DNA of 64,000 nucleotides from Marinicella sp. (GCA_965230295.1 OZ246001.1:1632001-1696000); one strand, 5' to 3'. Positions 48,451 to 59,051 are shown, counted from the stretch's first letter. Notes: generated by a model from the letters alone, not told the origin. Numbers and translations: made by a program.

Positions 48451-51030
48451 TTAAACCGCATTCCTTGATGCGTTGATGTTGCCATAGAGGGAGCGTGCGA
48501 CCAGTTTTTCATAGGTGTTGATGAGTTGCTGATCCGGATGGGGTTGTTGTTTCAACCGTTCAATTTTTTGTAAACAATATTGTTGGATGGTCAACAACGG
48601 CAGCACGATGGCTTCTCGTACTTGGATCGATTGTTTGCGCAAAGGCTGACTTTGTAACAGGTCTTTGACTTGTGCAATGTTTTTCAGGTGGTCTTTGGAC
48701 TGTTCAAACTCCTGATTGATGTTCAACCAAAAAGCCCCAAACTCCGGGTCGTCTTGTAAATAGGCAGTCAACGGCATGAATGATTTACAAATGGACATCA
48801 TGCTGTTGTCTAACAACGCCTTGAAATAGCCGGATTGTTGGTACAGTGTCTGCAAATCCGGTAACTGTTGTTGATCAATCAGCGTTTGGCAGGCGGTACC
48901 AACACCATAATAACCCAAGACATTTTGCTTCAGTTGACTCCAGGCACCAACAAACGGAATGGCCCTTAAGTCTTCGAACACCAAGCCATCACCTTGTGAT
49001 CTTTTGGTGGGACGGCTGCCTATGTTGGTTTTACCGTAGTATTTGAGGGTGCTGATTTTTTCTAAGTAAGGAATGAATTGGGGGTTTTGTTTGAACTGTT
49101 CATAATGGGCCAGACTTAAATCAGACAATTGTTTTAACAAGGCTTTACTGACATCGTCCCAGCCAGAATGTTGTGGTTTGATGTGGCTGGACAAACCAGC
49201 GCTTAACAGCTGTTCCAAATTGTATTGAGCAGACTGGGTGTTGCCAAAATTAGCCGATATGGTTTGTCCTTGAATGGTCAATTCGATGGCATGGTTGGCA
49301 ATGGCAGGGCTTTGCGATGCATAAAACTTATGCGTTTCACCACCACCACGTGCTGGTGGCCCACCTCGACCATCAAAGAACACCGCTTTGATACCATGTT
49401 TTTTTGACACCGCAGACAATGTTTCTTTGGCCGCTAAGATAGACCAATTGGCTGCCAAATAACCACCATCTTTGGTACCGTCTGAAAAACCCAACATGAT
49501 GGTTTGTTGGTGGTTTCGTTGTGCCAAATGCTGTTGGTACTCTTGGTTCTGGTATAAGGATGACATGATTAACGGCGCTTGCAATAAATCATCAATGGTT
49601 TCAAACAAGGGGACCACATCAACCGAAACCACTGGCTTAGACCAACCTGAAAGCTTAAAGAATGCCAACACTTCCAGTACATTCAAAGCGGATTGACAGT
49701 TACTGATGATGTAACGGTTGGCACCTTGCTCACCATTGAGTTGTTGAATTTTCTCGATCGCCAAAATGCTGTTCAATGTATCTTGTGCCACCGCTGATGA
49801 CAAAGCTGTGACATCTATGGCGTCATTGATTTGTAGCAATGCTGCCTCTTGTTGTTCAGTGGTCAGTTTGGCATAGTCACCTGACAAAGCCTGAGTATTG
49901 GTGGCCACCTCGCACATCACCTGATGATGGACCCTGGAGTCCTGACGCACATCCAAGGTGGCAAAATGTAAACCAAACGATTTAACCTGATTGATCAAAT
50001 CCTGGACTTGATCCAAGTACAAACCATGGTGGTGGCTTTGCACTTCTTGGAAAATCAATTGTAGTTGTTCGATCAAATCTGCTGTCGTCAAGGTGTTCTC
50101 TTGACTGAGATACGCCGCTTCATAAAGGGTTTTTTCTAACTTTTCTACACGCTTATCAACCCCTACAAATGTCAGTCTTTTTTTCAATTGTCGCACATCG
50201 CGGTAATAACACTTAAGGATGCTGCGATGTAATCGATCAGCCACTTTCAATGTGGTTTGGGCATCTACAAACGGGTTGCCATCACGGTCGCCTCCAGGCC
50301 AAAATCCCAACTCTATCAGTGCATGATCAGGCAGCTTGGCGTCCACAAAAACATGATTTTGTATCCGCTTCTGGATGTTCTTAACCGTGGCATAAAAGAC
50401 ATTTTCCAAATACCAAATCAAGCTGATCGCCTCATCAAAAGGACTGGGTTTTTGTTTGCTGAACAATGGTGTTTTTCCCAGCTGTTGTAACAACTGTTCA
50501 ATGGCTGGTAAATCGTTACATTTAATGGCTGCACTCAAATCTGTCATGATACCAAGTACCGGACCTGGATAAAACTGGGTTGGGTGCGCCGTTAACACCA
50601 CTCGCACCCTGAAATGAGACAGGGCTTCTTGCAATGTCGTCCCTTGATTCATGTGCTCAGCCTGGGCTGCCAAATGAGGCAGACTGCCTTGACCATCCAT
50701 GTCATGGTTGATTACATAAGCCGCTTCTTCAATGGCATCAAACAACACAATTTGTCGTTCTATGTATTGAATGAATTTAAACAAAGCAGCGATTTGATCG
50801 GCTTCTTGGTTGAGATTTTCCTGCTTGGCAAAAAAACCAGTGATGATCTCAAACGGGCTTTGTTGGTTTTGATACCCTTGCTCACAGGCATGGGTCAAAA
50901 TCGGTAACAACACACCGGTCTTGAAGACCTCATCAAATGGCAGGTTTAAAAACAGGCTGTTGTAAATCTGATATTTGCTCAGTACAGAGTTGCGGTAATT
51001 GATCAGTTGATGTTTGTCTTGCATGGGCAT
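48451..51030 (-). CDS. ppc: Phosphoenolpyruvate carboxylase
   Basis: VLTAHPTQ, GGDRDGNP, MLGFSDGTKDGG, FDGRGG, LRAIPF, C-terminal SRNAV. Confidence 0.96.
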   Translation of the reverse strand: MPMQDKHQLINYRNSVLSKYQIYNSLFLNLPFDEVFKTGVLLPILTHACEQGYQNQQSPFEIITGFFAKQENLNQEADQIAALFKFIQYIERQIVLFDAIEEAAYVINHDMDGQGSLPHLAAQAEHMNQGTTLQEALSHFRVRVVLTAHPTQFYPGPVLGIMTDLSAAIKCNDLPAIEQLLQQLGKTPLFSKQKPSPFDEAISLIWYLENVFYATVKNIQKRIQNHVFVDAKLPDHALIELGFWPGGDRDGNPFVDAQTTLKVADRLHRSILKCYYRDVRQLKKRLTFVGVDKRVEKLEKTLYEAAYLSQENTLTTADLIEQLQLIFQEVQSHHHGLYLDQVQDLINQVKSFGLHFATLDVRQDSRVHHQVMCEVATNTQALSGDYAKLTTEQQEAALLQINDAIDVTALSSAVAQDTLNSILAIEKIQQLNGEQGANRYIISNCQSALNVLEVLAFFKLSGWSKPVVSVDVVPLFETIDDLLQAPLIMSSLYQNQEYQQHLAQRNHQQTIMLGFSDGTKDGGYLAANWSILAAKETLSAVSKKHGIKAVFFDGRGGPPARGGGETHKFYASQSPAIANHAIELTIQGQTISANFGNTQSAQYNLEQLLSAGLSSHIKPQHSGWDDVSKALLKQLSDLSLAHYEQFKQNPQFIPYLEKISTLKYYGKTNIGSRPTKRSQGDGLVFEDLRAIPFVGAWSQLKQNVLGYYGVGTACQTLIDQQQLPDLQTLYQQSGYFKALLDNSMMSICKSFMPLTAYLQDDPEFGAFWLNINQEFEQSKDHLKNIAQVKDLLQSQPLRKQSIQVREAIVLPLLTIQQYCLQKIERLKQQPHPDQQLINTYEKLVARSLYGNINASRNAV

Positions 51031-51176
51031 TGTGTAACCTGGTTGTATAACTATTATATGACGGCTTTGCTAAGAATGCATCAAAGCGGCCTTCGTATCT
51101 GTTCTTCAGTTAATCGCCTAAGTAATTGACAAATCATGTGTTTCGATAAAAAATAATAAGAAAAACAGAGGGAATT

Positions 51177-52883
51177 ATGCGTACACTCCTTTTCATAACT
51201 TTGGTGCTTTTCTCAGATATTTTGTTGGCACAAGATGCTGATGTTGGTGTTGGTGTGAGGTTATTTCAATCCCGGATCATCACCGGTGACTTGGCAAAAA
51301 TGCAAATCACCGTTCGCAACCAGGGTCCGGATACGGCTGCTGGTGTGAAGTTGAATGTAGACATCACCCAAGGTTTGTTCAATGACATTTCCACCACCGC
51401 AACCGGACCATGCGACATTTCTGTTGAACAAGGAAAAATACGCTGCCAAAACATTGGCGATTTTCCTGCTGGGGATGAAAAAGTTATTTTCGTCAGGATT
51501 CAAATGGTTGAACAAGACGAACCTGAAGACCTGATCCTGGCTGCCGAAGCAAGTTCATCAACCGCCGACCCGAACATCAGTAACAATGGTCAATTAATTG
51601 TGGTTGGTGTCAGCCCGCTACCAGATGTTGATGGTTATGCGCAAGGCATGTTAACCAGTATGCCAGAAGGCCGGCGAGCAAGATTTGCCAGAGCCGCTCA
51701 AGTCTTGGGCGCCTATTGTGGGGGCTCCAGCCTACACACAGCATTGGGCGGTGTATGTGATGATTTGTTACAACAGGCTGAGCTGGGGGATTTTGAAACC
51801 ATCACCCGCGTGTTGAGCTGGATGCGACCCAGGAATGTGGTTCATCAGGCCAGAAACTCCACCAAGCTTGTGGCTTCTCAGCTGGCAAATCTGGGTCAAA
51901 GAATGGCGCAATTGCGAGCCGGCGTCAGTGGTTTTTCTGCTGCTGATTTACAATTGAATAATGGCAGCGAATCCTTACCGATTTCGATGTTGGCTTATCA
52001 GGGTGATGGCAATCAAGCCGAAAGCTTTGTTTCGCCATGGGGCTTCTTTGTCAATGGCAGTTTGACCACGGGAGATTTTGAGTATGCCGATGAGGTTAAC
52101 GATGGTTTTGATTTTGATTCTGACAGCCTCAGTGCCGGTTTTGATTACCGTTTTTCCAACCGTTTTGTTTTGGGTGCTGCACTCGGGTACAACCAAATGA
52201 AATCCAACACCGGAGCGGGTGTGCGTATGGAGTCTGAAGGAGCCAGCATCAATTTATATGGTTTGTTCACCCCGGCAGATAACTTTTACATTGACACCAG
52301 AATCAGTTATGCAAGGCCTGATGTGAAACAAACCCGACTGGAGTTTTTTAATTTAATCGATGAAGTGGTTGATATTGAAGCCGTTGGAGAAACCCAATCA
52401 GATCAATTCACCATTGCAGCCAGTGCCGGTTACAATTTCAACCGCGGTGCCTGGAACTGGTCACCATACATCACTGCAGAGTATGTCAATAATCAACTGG
52501 ATCAGTTTACCGAAACAGGTGCCGGTGGGTGGAATATCTTTTATGGTGAACAGGAATTCAAGGCCCTTAAATACAACTTGGGTTTCACTGTATCTCGTGC
52601 CATCAGCACCCGCAATGGTGTGATTTCTCCACAATTAAGCTGGCAACACAATTACGAAGATCAGGATGATGGCATCATGGAAATGCGTTTGATTGGGATG
52701 CCTGTCGATGAGCTGTTCAATGTGGAAACTAATTTTACTGAAAGCAGCTACAGCCAGGCCAGCTTAGGAGTCACTTGGATCATGGCCAACGGCAAAATGT
52801 TTTATTTGCGGTATAGCCAAATATTTGGCTTGAATAATTTTGATCAAAACACCATCAGTTTAGGTGCTCGATTCGAATTTTGA
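51177..52883 (+). CDS. Autotransporter beta-barrel protein with N-terminal DUF11-like Ig domain
   Basis: Signal peptide, TVRNQGPDTA..DPNISNN, WGFFVNG..GFDYRF, terminal RFEF. Confidence 0.85.
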   Translation: MRTLLFITLVLFSDILLAQDADVGVGVRLFQSRIITGDLAKMQITVRNQGPDTAAGVKLNVDITQGLFNDISTTATGPCDISVEQGKIRCQNIGDFPAGDEKVIFVRIQMVEQDEPEDLILAAEASSSTADPNISNNGQLIVVGVSPLPDVDGYAQGMLTSMPEGRRARFARAAQVLGAYCGGSSLHTALGGVCDDLLQQAELGDFETITRVLSWMRPRNVVHQARNSTKLVASQLANLGQRMAQLRAGVSGFSAADLQLNNGSESLPISMLAYQGDGNQAESFVSPWGFFVNGSLTTGDFEYADEVNDGFDFDSDSLSAGFDYRFSNRFVLGAALGYNQMKSNTGAGVRMESEGASINLYGLFTPADNFYIDTRISYARPDVKQTRLEFFNLIDEVVDIEAVGETQSDQFTIAASAGYNFNRGAWNWSPYITAEYVNNQLDQFTETGAGGWNIFYGEQEFKALKYNLGFTVSRAISTRNGVISPQLSWQHNYEDQDDGIMEMRLIGMPVDELFNVETNFTESSYSQASLGVTWIMANGKMFYLRYSQIFGLNNFDQNTISLGARFEF

Positions 52884-53111
52884 TTACACTGAATTGTTGA
52901 AAGAAGTAGTCCAATGAAAGCAGAACACCACTTCTGGTGTGGGCAAGAAGCCGCAGTTCAAGCAGTCATTGGACAGCCTGTATCGTAATCAAGGCTCAGT
53001 GAATATTTCGTCAAAGCGTTAACCAGCAATCATGATTGGGACTTCTGGCACTGTTTCATTGGTCCCAAAGCCTTCAATATATTTGCCCAATTAATTCTAT
53101 TGATTGAGGTA

Positions 53112-55280
53112 ATGATGAAATCACAAAGAAAAACACAATGGCTGACCAGTCTGGCACTGGGTATAACCATGTGCTTGAGCGTCCAGGCGCAAGAGCCAGC
53201 CGCCCAAAGCAACCCTGATAACAATCCGCTGTTGTCTGAGTGGACTGGCCCCTACGGAGGAGTTCCCGCTTTTGATAAAATGGACCTTAAATACGTTCCA
53301 GAGGCCTTCGATGTGGCGATTGCTGAAAATTTGGCTGATTATGAAAAAATAGCCAACAACCCTGAACCAGCCACCTTTGAAAACACCATCGTAGCCATGG
53401 AAAAAGCCGGTGAGAAACTGGGCAGGGCATTCACATACTTTGGCATTTGGGGCAGTAATTTATCCAGCCCAGAGGTGCGCAAATTGCAAATGCAATACTC
53501 TCCTAAATTTTCCGAAATGGGTTCGAAAATATCACAAAACAAAAAACTCTTTGAACGGGTTAAAAAAGTTTATGAGGACTCTTTGAAAAACCCGCTTGAA
53601 CCAGAAGCCCAACGTTTGGTCAACAGTTCATATGAAGGGTTTGCGATGAATGGTGCCAACCTCGATGAGTTTTCCAAAAAACGTTATGCCGCGATCAACA
53701 AAGAGCTGTCTACGCTCTACACCAATTTTGCCAACAATGTGCTCAACGATGAAGAAGGTTATGTGACTTTCCTGAACAAGGACCAACTCAGCGGACTGCC
53801 CGAGTCCCTGGTTAAGGCGGCCGCACAAGCTGCCAAAGACAAAGGCAAAGATGGTCAGTACGCGATCACGAACACGCGCTCTTCTATGGATCCGTTTCTG
53901 ACCTATTCAGACGAACGTGAACTGCGCAAAAAAGTCTGGACCAACTACTATTCACGCGGAGACAACGGTGATGAGTATGACAACAACGAAAACATCGCCA
54001 AAATCTTGAAACTTCGTCGAGAGCGTGTGGAGTTGTTGGGCCATAAAAACTACCCAGAATGGCGGTTGCAAAACCGCATGGCCAAAACACCAGAAAATGC
54101 CATGAAGTTGATGGAAGCGGTGTGGCCTGCTGCCATTGGCCGAGTTAAAGAAGAAGTGGCCGATATGCAAGCCGTGGCTGATGAATTGGGTCATGAGCTC
54201 ACCATTGAGCCTTGGGATTACCGTTATTATGCCGAAAAAGTTCGCAAGAAAAAATACGATTTGGACTCCAATGAAGTCAAACAATACCTGCAGCTAGACA
54301 ACTTACGCGAAGCCATGTTCTTTGTCGCTGGCGAGCTGTTTAACTTCAAATTCACTGCATTACCCGAAGGCAAAGTTCCTGTTTATCACCCTGATGTAAA
54401 AGTTTGGGATGTCACAGATAAAACCAGCGGTGATCACATTGGTTTGTGGTATCTGGACCCCTTTGCCCGTTCAGGAAAACGTTCAGGCGCATGGGCCAGC
54501 CAATACCGTACATACGAGTCTTATGACGGTAAAGTCACCGTGTTGTCATCCAACAATTCCAACTTCATCAAGCCAGCACCCGGTGAAGCCGTGTTGATTT
54601 CTTGGGATGATGCCAACACCTTTTTCCATGAATTTGGCCATGCTCTACACTTCTTGTCATCTAACGTGAAATACCCAAGCTCAAACGGTGGTGTGAGAGA
54701 CTATACTGAATTTCAATCACAGTTACTGGAGCGTTGGCTGTCTACAGATGAAGTGATCAACAAATACATGAAACACCACAAAACCGGTGAAGTCATACCC
54801 AAAGAATTGATAGCCAAAATCAAAAAAGCCGCCACCTTTAACCAGGGTTTTGCCACCACTGAATATTTGGCATCGGCTTTGATGGACATGAAGTTCCATA
54901 TGGCTGACCCCAAAGACATTGACCCAGATAAGTTTGAACGCGAAACTTTGGCCGCTTTGAACATGCCAAAAGAGTTGGTTATGCGACACCGCACGCCACA
55001 CTTTGGGCACGTGTTTTCTGGTGAAGGTTATGCCACTGCATACTACGGTTACATGTGGGCCGATGTATTAACTTCAGATGCTGCTGAAGCTTTTGAAGAA
55101 GCACCCGGTGGATTTTATGACAAAGAGGTGGCTGCAAAATTGGTGAAATACCTGTTTGCACCACGCAATGCCATGGATCCGGCTGAAGCCTACCGCAAAT
55201 TCCGTGGCCGTGACGCTTCCATCGATGCATTGATGCGTGACCGAGGGTTTCCGGTCCCGGAGAAAAAGACCACACCATAG
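53112..55280 (+). CDS. dcp: M3 family peptidyl-dipeptidase
   Basis: Signal peptide, ATFENTI, KRSGAW, FHEFGHALH, YRKFRGRD. Confidence 0.9.
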   Translation: MMKSQRKTQWLTSLALGITMCLSVQAQEPAAQSNPDNNPLLSEWTGPYGGVPAFDKMDLKYVPEAFDVAIAENLADYEKIANNPEPATFENTIVAMEKAGEKLGRAFTYFGIWGSNLSSPEVRKLQMQYSPKFSEMGSKISQNKKLFERVKKVYEDSLKNPLEPEAQRLVNSSYEGFAMNGANLDEFSKKRYAAINKELSTLYTNFANNVLNDEEGYVTFLNKDQLSGLPESLVKAAAQAAKDKGKDGQYAITNTRSSMDPFLTYSDERELRKKVWTNYYSRGDNGDEYDNNENIAKILKLRRERVELLGHKNYPEWRLQNRMAKTPENAMKLMEAVWPAAIGRVKEEVADMQAVADELGHELTIEPWDYRYYAEKVRKKKYDLDSNEVKQYLQLDNLREAMFFVAGELFNFKFTALPEGKVPVYHPDVKVWDVTDKTSGDHIGLWYLDPFARSGKRSGAWASQYRTYESYDGKVTVLSSNNSNFIKPAPGEAVLISWDDANTFFHEFGHALHFLSSNVKYPSSNGGVRDYTEFQSQLLERWLSTDEVINKYMKHHKTGEVIPKELIAKIKKAATFNQGFATTEYLASALMDMKFHMADPKDIDPDKFERETLAALNMPKELVMRHRTPHFGHVFSGEGYATAYYGYMWADVLTSDAAEAFEEAPGGFYDKEVAAKLVKYLFAPRNAMDPAEAYRKFRGRDASIDALMRDRGFPVPEKKTTP

Positions 55281-55300
55281 TCTATCCATACTCAGGTGAC

Positions 55301-55331
55301 AAAAGCCTCAAGGTTTCTTGGGGCTTTTTTT
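55301..55331. terminator. Bidirectional terminator between dcp and the RidA gene
   Basis: AAAAGCCTCAAG..CTTGGGGCTTTTTTT. Confidence 0.88.
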
Positions 55332-55341
55332 ATGGATAGAT

Positions 55342-55722
55342 TCAGTCCACTGTTTTGGCAGTGACTTCTATTTCTATTTTCATTGCATCATCCAACAAGC
55401 CGGCTTCAATCATGGTTGCAGCTGGCCGACTGTCAGCAAGGTACTTACGAATGATGGGCGCACACAGGTCGAAATCAGCTTTGTTGGGCAAGATGTAGTG
55501 AATTCGCACCACCTGATTCAAGTCTGAGTTGGCTGCGGACAGCGCTGCTTTGATGTTTTCGAAACACTGCTCGGTTTGTACTGCCACATCAGGACTGATA
55601 GACATGTCAGTGTAATCATAGCCGGTGGTTCCAGAGACAAAAACATAGGGTTCATCAACAACAGCTCTTGAATAGGCAAACCGTTCCTCAAATGCTGATC
55701 CACTTGATATCAATTTTTTCAT
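55342..55722 (-). CDS. RidA/YjgF family protein
   Basis: YSRAV, VSGTTG, RPAATM, KIEIEVTA. Confidence 0.92.
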   Translation of the reverse strand: MKKLISSGSAFEERFAYSRAVVDEPYVFVSGTTGYDYTDMSISPDVAVQTEQCFENIKAALSAANSDLNQVVRIHYILPNKADFDLCAPIIRKYLADSRPAATMIEAGLLDDAMKIEIEVTAKTVD

Positions 55723-55855
55723 GTTCTTTGTTTTTAATTGATGTTGGTAGGCTGACCACTTTAATACATGCCAAAGAAAATATAAATCTCTCTTTCAGGC
55801 ATTGTCGGTTTCCGGATTAATGACATACAATGCTGCTTTTGTAATCCCCTATATC

Positions 55856-56554
55856 ATGCGTCCACAGCTTCTCATCAGAAAATTTCACAAATGGCTCGGG
55901 TTGATCCTAGGCCTCCAAATTCTACTGTGGTTCTTCAGCGGCTTCATGATGAGCTGGATGCCGATCAATGAAATTCGTGGCAATCACTTGATGAAGCCGC
56001 AAAAGGCAACACCCGTATCAATGAGTGGGGTTGACCTTGCTTCCATTGAACGCGTCGTTGCTGAACCGATCCATGGACTGCAGATCAAGCCTTGGCTAGG
56101 TAACACCGTATTACAAGTAACCACAGAAAGCCAAAAACTGTTGTTTGATGCCCAATCGTTACAACGAATTTCCCCCCTGTCTGAACAGCAGGTTCGAGCT
56201 GTCATTCAAGCCAACTTGCTGCCACAATATCAAATCTCATCCATGGTATTATTGAATGAAGTACCCAATGAGGCCCGAGGACGCCAAGCGCCATTGTGGC
56301 AAGTACAGTTATCTGGTGATGAACAGCCCAGAATTTACGTCTCTGCAGCGACGGGTGATGTGGTGGCCAAACGAACCAGTCGTTGGCGCTTGTTTGATTT
56401 TCTGTGGATGTTGCACATCATGGATTATGATGAACGTGAAGACTTCAATCACCCCCTGCTTTATTTAACCGCCTTGAGTGCTTTGTTATTTACCTTTTCT
56501 GGTTTTTTCTTGTTGTTTTATTCATTACGAAAAAGGCCAAAAAGGGCTGGTTGA
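55856..56554 (+). CDS. PepSY-associated TM domain protein
   Basis: RKFHKWLGL..WFFSG and FDFLWMLHIMDY flanking a periplasmic region. Confidence 0.85.
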   Translation: MRPQLLIRKFHKWLGLILGLQILLWFFSGFMMSWMPINEIRGNHLMKPQKATPVSMSGVDLASIERVVAEPIHGLQIKPWLGNTVLQVTTESQKLLFDAQSLQRISPLSEQQVRAVIQANLLPQYQISSMVLLNEVPNEARGRQAPLWQVQLSGDEQPRIYVSAATGDVVAKRTSRWRLFDFLWMLHIMDYDEREDFNHPLLYLTALSALLFTFSGFFLLFYSLRKRPKRAG

Positions 56555-56560
56555 ATATTT

Positions 56561-56828
56561 AGGGCCTGTTAACACCATGCAAATGGTTACTGTTATGACT
56601 GAAATTAATCCAATCAAGGTGCGAAGAGCGCAGTTGGGCGATTCCCATCAAGTGATGAGCAACACCGAGTGGGGTAATTTCAGCCCTAACCCGTAGGGCT
56701 GGGTTGCTTTTTCCATCCAACGGCGTTATCAGTCGTTCATGTGGAATAACCACACATCACGACTTTTGCCTTGTCGGATTGAAAAAGTAACTCCAGCAGT
56801 CACTATTTACATAGTATTAACAGGCCCT
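56561..56828. mobile_element. Non-autonomous MITE-like element with 15-bp terminal inverted repeats
   Basis: AGGGCCTGTTAACAC ... GTATTAACAGGCCCT (14/15 match); 268 bp; no transposase; long internal hairpin at about 56701-56792. Confidence 0.8.
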
Positions 56829-56894
56829 GGTAAAACCGCACATTTTTTGTGTTATCCTGTTGCAGATTTTAATTATATATAGGGGATTTCTATC

Positions 56895-57245
56895 ATGACA
56901 AAATTATTGATTACTTTTCTCATCATGGGTTGGTTTTCCGTGGCTGATGCCAAACTCAGTTGTTACGATTTAGATGAATTGGCCACTGACTTGGATGACT
57001 TGGCTGAAGCATTGGTGGATGTCGACACCATTGGTGCCAACAGTGAGTTGGATGATGCACTGGGTGATGTCACCGATGTTCTGGAGCTGGTGGCCGACGT
57101 CGAAAACGATGCCCGCCTTACCCGCTGGATTGCGGATTTACAATTGGCTTGGGATGACATGGAAAGAGAGGATTTCGAGGACTCTCTGGATGACATCATC
57201 GAACGATTGGATGAATTGGGTGAACGCGATTGCAGTGATTGGTAA
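56895..57245 (+). CDS. Small secreted, highly acidic helical protein
   Basis: AGGGG RBS, signal peptide ending ADA, D/E-rich mature part, two Cys. Confidence 0.82.
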   Translation: MTKLLITFLIMGWFSVADAKLSCYDLDELATDLDDLAEALVDVDTIGANSELDDALGDVTDVLELVADVENDARLTRWIADLQLAWDDMEREDFEDSLDDIIERLDELGERDCSDW

Positions 57246-57308
57246 TTTAAACCCGGTTTTACTTAGGGGGTGACCCTCATTGGCCACCCCTGAATTCATC
57301 ATCAAAAA

Positions 57309-59051
57309 TTATTCTACAGTGATGGGTTGCTCTAGCAACACCAGCCTTTGTTTGCCCTGTAACACATAACGTACTTTGTATTGACCGGGTTCATCCGGCA
57401 TGGTCAATGTGCCTTTTTCCGGATGTCCTTTGGCATAAAAGTAAGTGAGTTCTCCATAAGTTCGGTTGTATCCTTCTTTGACCAAATCAATATAGTCTTG
57501 GCTTCGATTGGGTCCGGTCCACACCACCTCAATGGTGCTGCCCGCTTTTGCAACGGCAGGAAAAGTCAGCGTTGCCGGTACCGCCAACACTTTGATAGGA
57601 CTGCTGGTTATCACTTTGCGCCCATCGGCACCTTGCATGATGAACCTGACCTGGTAGTCACCGGGTTCAACCGGCATCAACAACTCACCACTGTCTGGGT
57701 TGTCTTTTAAATAAAAATAACCGATCTCACCATAGGTTTTGGTGTAATCTGATTTCACCACATCTATGTACCCTTCTGGATTATTGGGCCCGGTCCAATA
57801 CACCGGCACCATGGCAGCGACTTCGGCCGCAGGCTGGAAGGCCAGGGTGGCAGCTGCTGCCCTGACCTGCAGTGGAATTTGATACAACACCTGTCGGCCA
57901 CCTGGTGCTTCCAAGATATATCGCAGTTGATATTGGCCGGCTTCAGCAGGAGCTTGTACCTTTCCTGTGGATCCTGTTTTGGTGTAAAAGTAACTCAGTT
58001 CTCCATAGGTTCTTTGGTTACCTTCAGGTACTAAATCAATATAGTCTCCTTCGCGCCCTGGCCCCTGCCATGACACTGAAAAATAAGTACCCGCATCCAC
58101 TGCGCCGGGCGCCACCAATGAAACTTCACTGTCGACGACTTCAATACTGTCTGACGCCAAAACATGTTTCTGTTTGGGGCCTTGCCAAACATAGCGAACT
58201 TCATAATCACCCACTTCTCCTGGCGCACGCAGTTCGGAAGGAGCCCCTTGATGAGTCCATTGATAAGTGATTTCACCGTAAACCCTGTGCTCTCCTTTTT
58301 TAACCACATCTATGTAATCTAACTCACCATTTGGACCCGTCCATTGGGTGGAAAAACTGGCACCAATCACCACCCCTGAATCAGGACCGTCGACGGTTGC
58401 TTCTGGCAACACAACTTCTGGTTCTGGTTCAGCGTTAACTACCACCACTTGTTCTAGTGCTTCGTTTAAACTGGCTGCATCCTGAGCAGGCAGGTATAAA
58501 CCACCCGTGGCATCAGCCATGCAAGACACTTGTTTACCCTGATCGACACTCAAGCCAAAACCCACCACGTGAGCGGTGAAATCCACACCCAACTGTTCCA
58601 GCTCTGCTGCCACGGCACACGGGTCCATATCACAGGTTTCAACCCCATCTGTAATCAGCACCACTTCGGCTTGTTGTTCCGTGTATTTCATTTGTTCTGC
58701 GGCCAATTTAACCGCCTGACTGAGGGGTGTTTTTCCTTTGGGCACCAATTGGTTCACTTGAGCAACAATTTGTGCTGCTGTACCGGCGACTGGTGAGACC
58801 AGGGTTTCGATGTCATTACAGTCACCTTTTTTGCGGTGACCATAGGCCATCAAGCCCACGGCTTGGTTTTTGCCTATGCCCTGACTGATGGTATCGATGG
58901 CTGCTTTGGCTGTTTCTATTTTTGCGGTACCATTGATTTGACCCCACATAGAACCAGAGGTATCAAATACAATCATGGTGCTTTTTTCTGCCTGAGCTTG
59001 ACCAAGGCTGGATAAGGCGAATATCGCCATCATTCGTGTGGTTTTGTTCAT
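57309..59051 (-). CDS. Secreted VWA domain protein with four Ig-like repeats
   Basis: MIDAS DTSGSM, TPL, ITDGVETC; four repeats of WxGP..YID..YGE..Y.VR. Confidence 0.9.
   Translation of the reverse strand: MNKTTRMMAIFALSSLGQAQAEKSTMIVFDTSGSMWGQINGTAKIETAKAAIDTISQGIGKNQAVGLMAYGHRKKGDCNDIETLVSPVAGTAAQIVAQVNQLVPKGKTPLSQAVKLAAEQMKYTEQQAEVVLITDGVETCDMDPCAVAAELEQLGVDFTAHVVGFGLSVDQGKQVSCMADATGGLYLPAQDAASLNEALEQVVVVNAEPEPEVVLPEATVDGPDSGVVIGASFSTQWTGPNGELDYIDVVKKGEHRVYGEITYQWTHQGAPSELRAPGEVGDYEVRYVWQGPKQKHVLASDSIEVVDSEVSLVAPGAVDAGTYFSVSWQGPGREGDYIDLVPEGNQRTYGELSYFYTKTGSTGKVQAPAEAGQYQLRYILEAPGGRQVLYQIPLQVRAAAATLAFQPAAEVAAMVPVYWTGPNNPEGYIDVVKSDYTKTYGEIGYFYLKDNPDSGELLMPVEPGDYQVRFIMQGADGRKVITSSPIKVLAVPATLTFPAVAKAGSTIEVVWTGPNRSQDYIDLVKEGYNRTYGELTYFYAKGHPEKGTLTMPDEPGQYKVRYVLQGKQRLVLLEQPITVE

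Noticed and set aside
57309-58400. Repeated ~280-bp units as a possible array
   Set aside because: Protein-level Ig-like repeats within the VWA gene; not CRISPR or a nucleotide array
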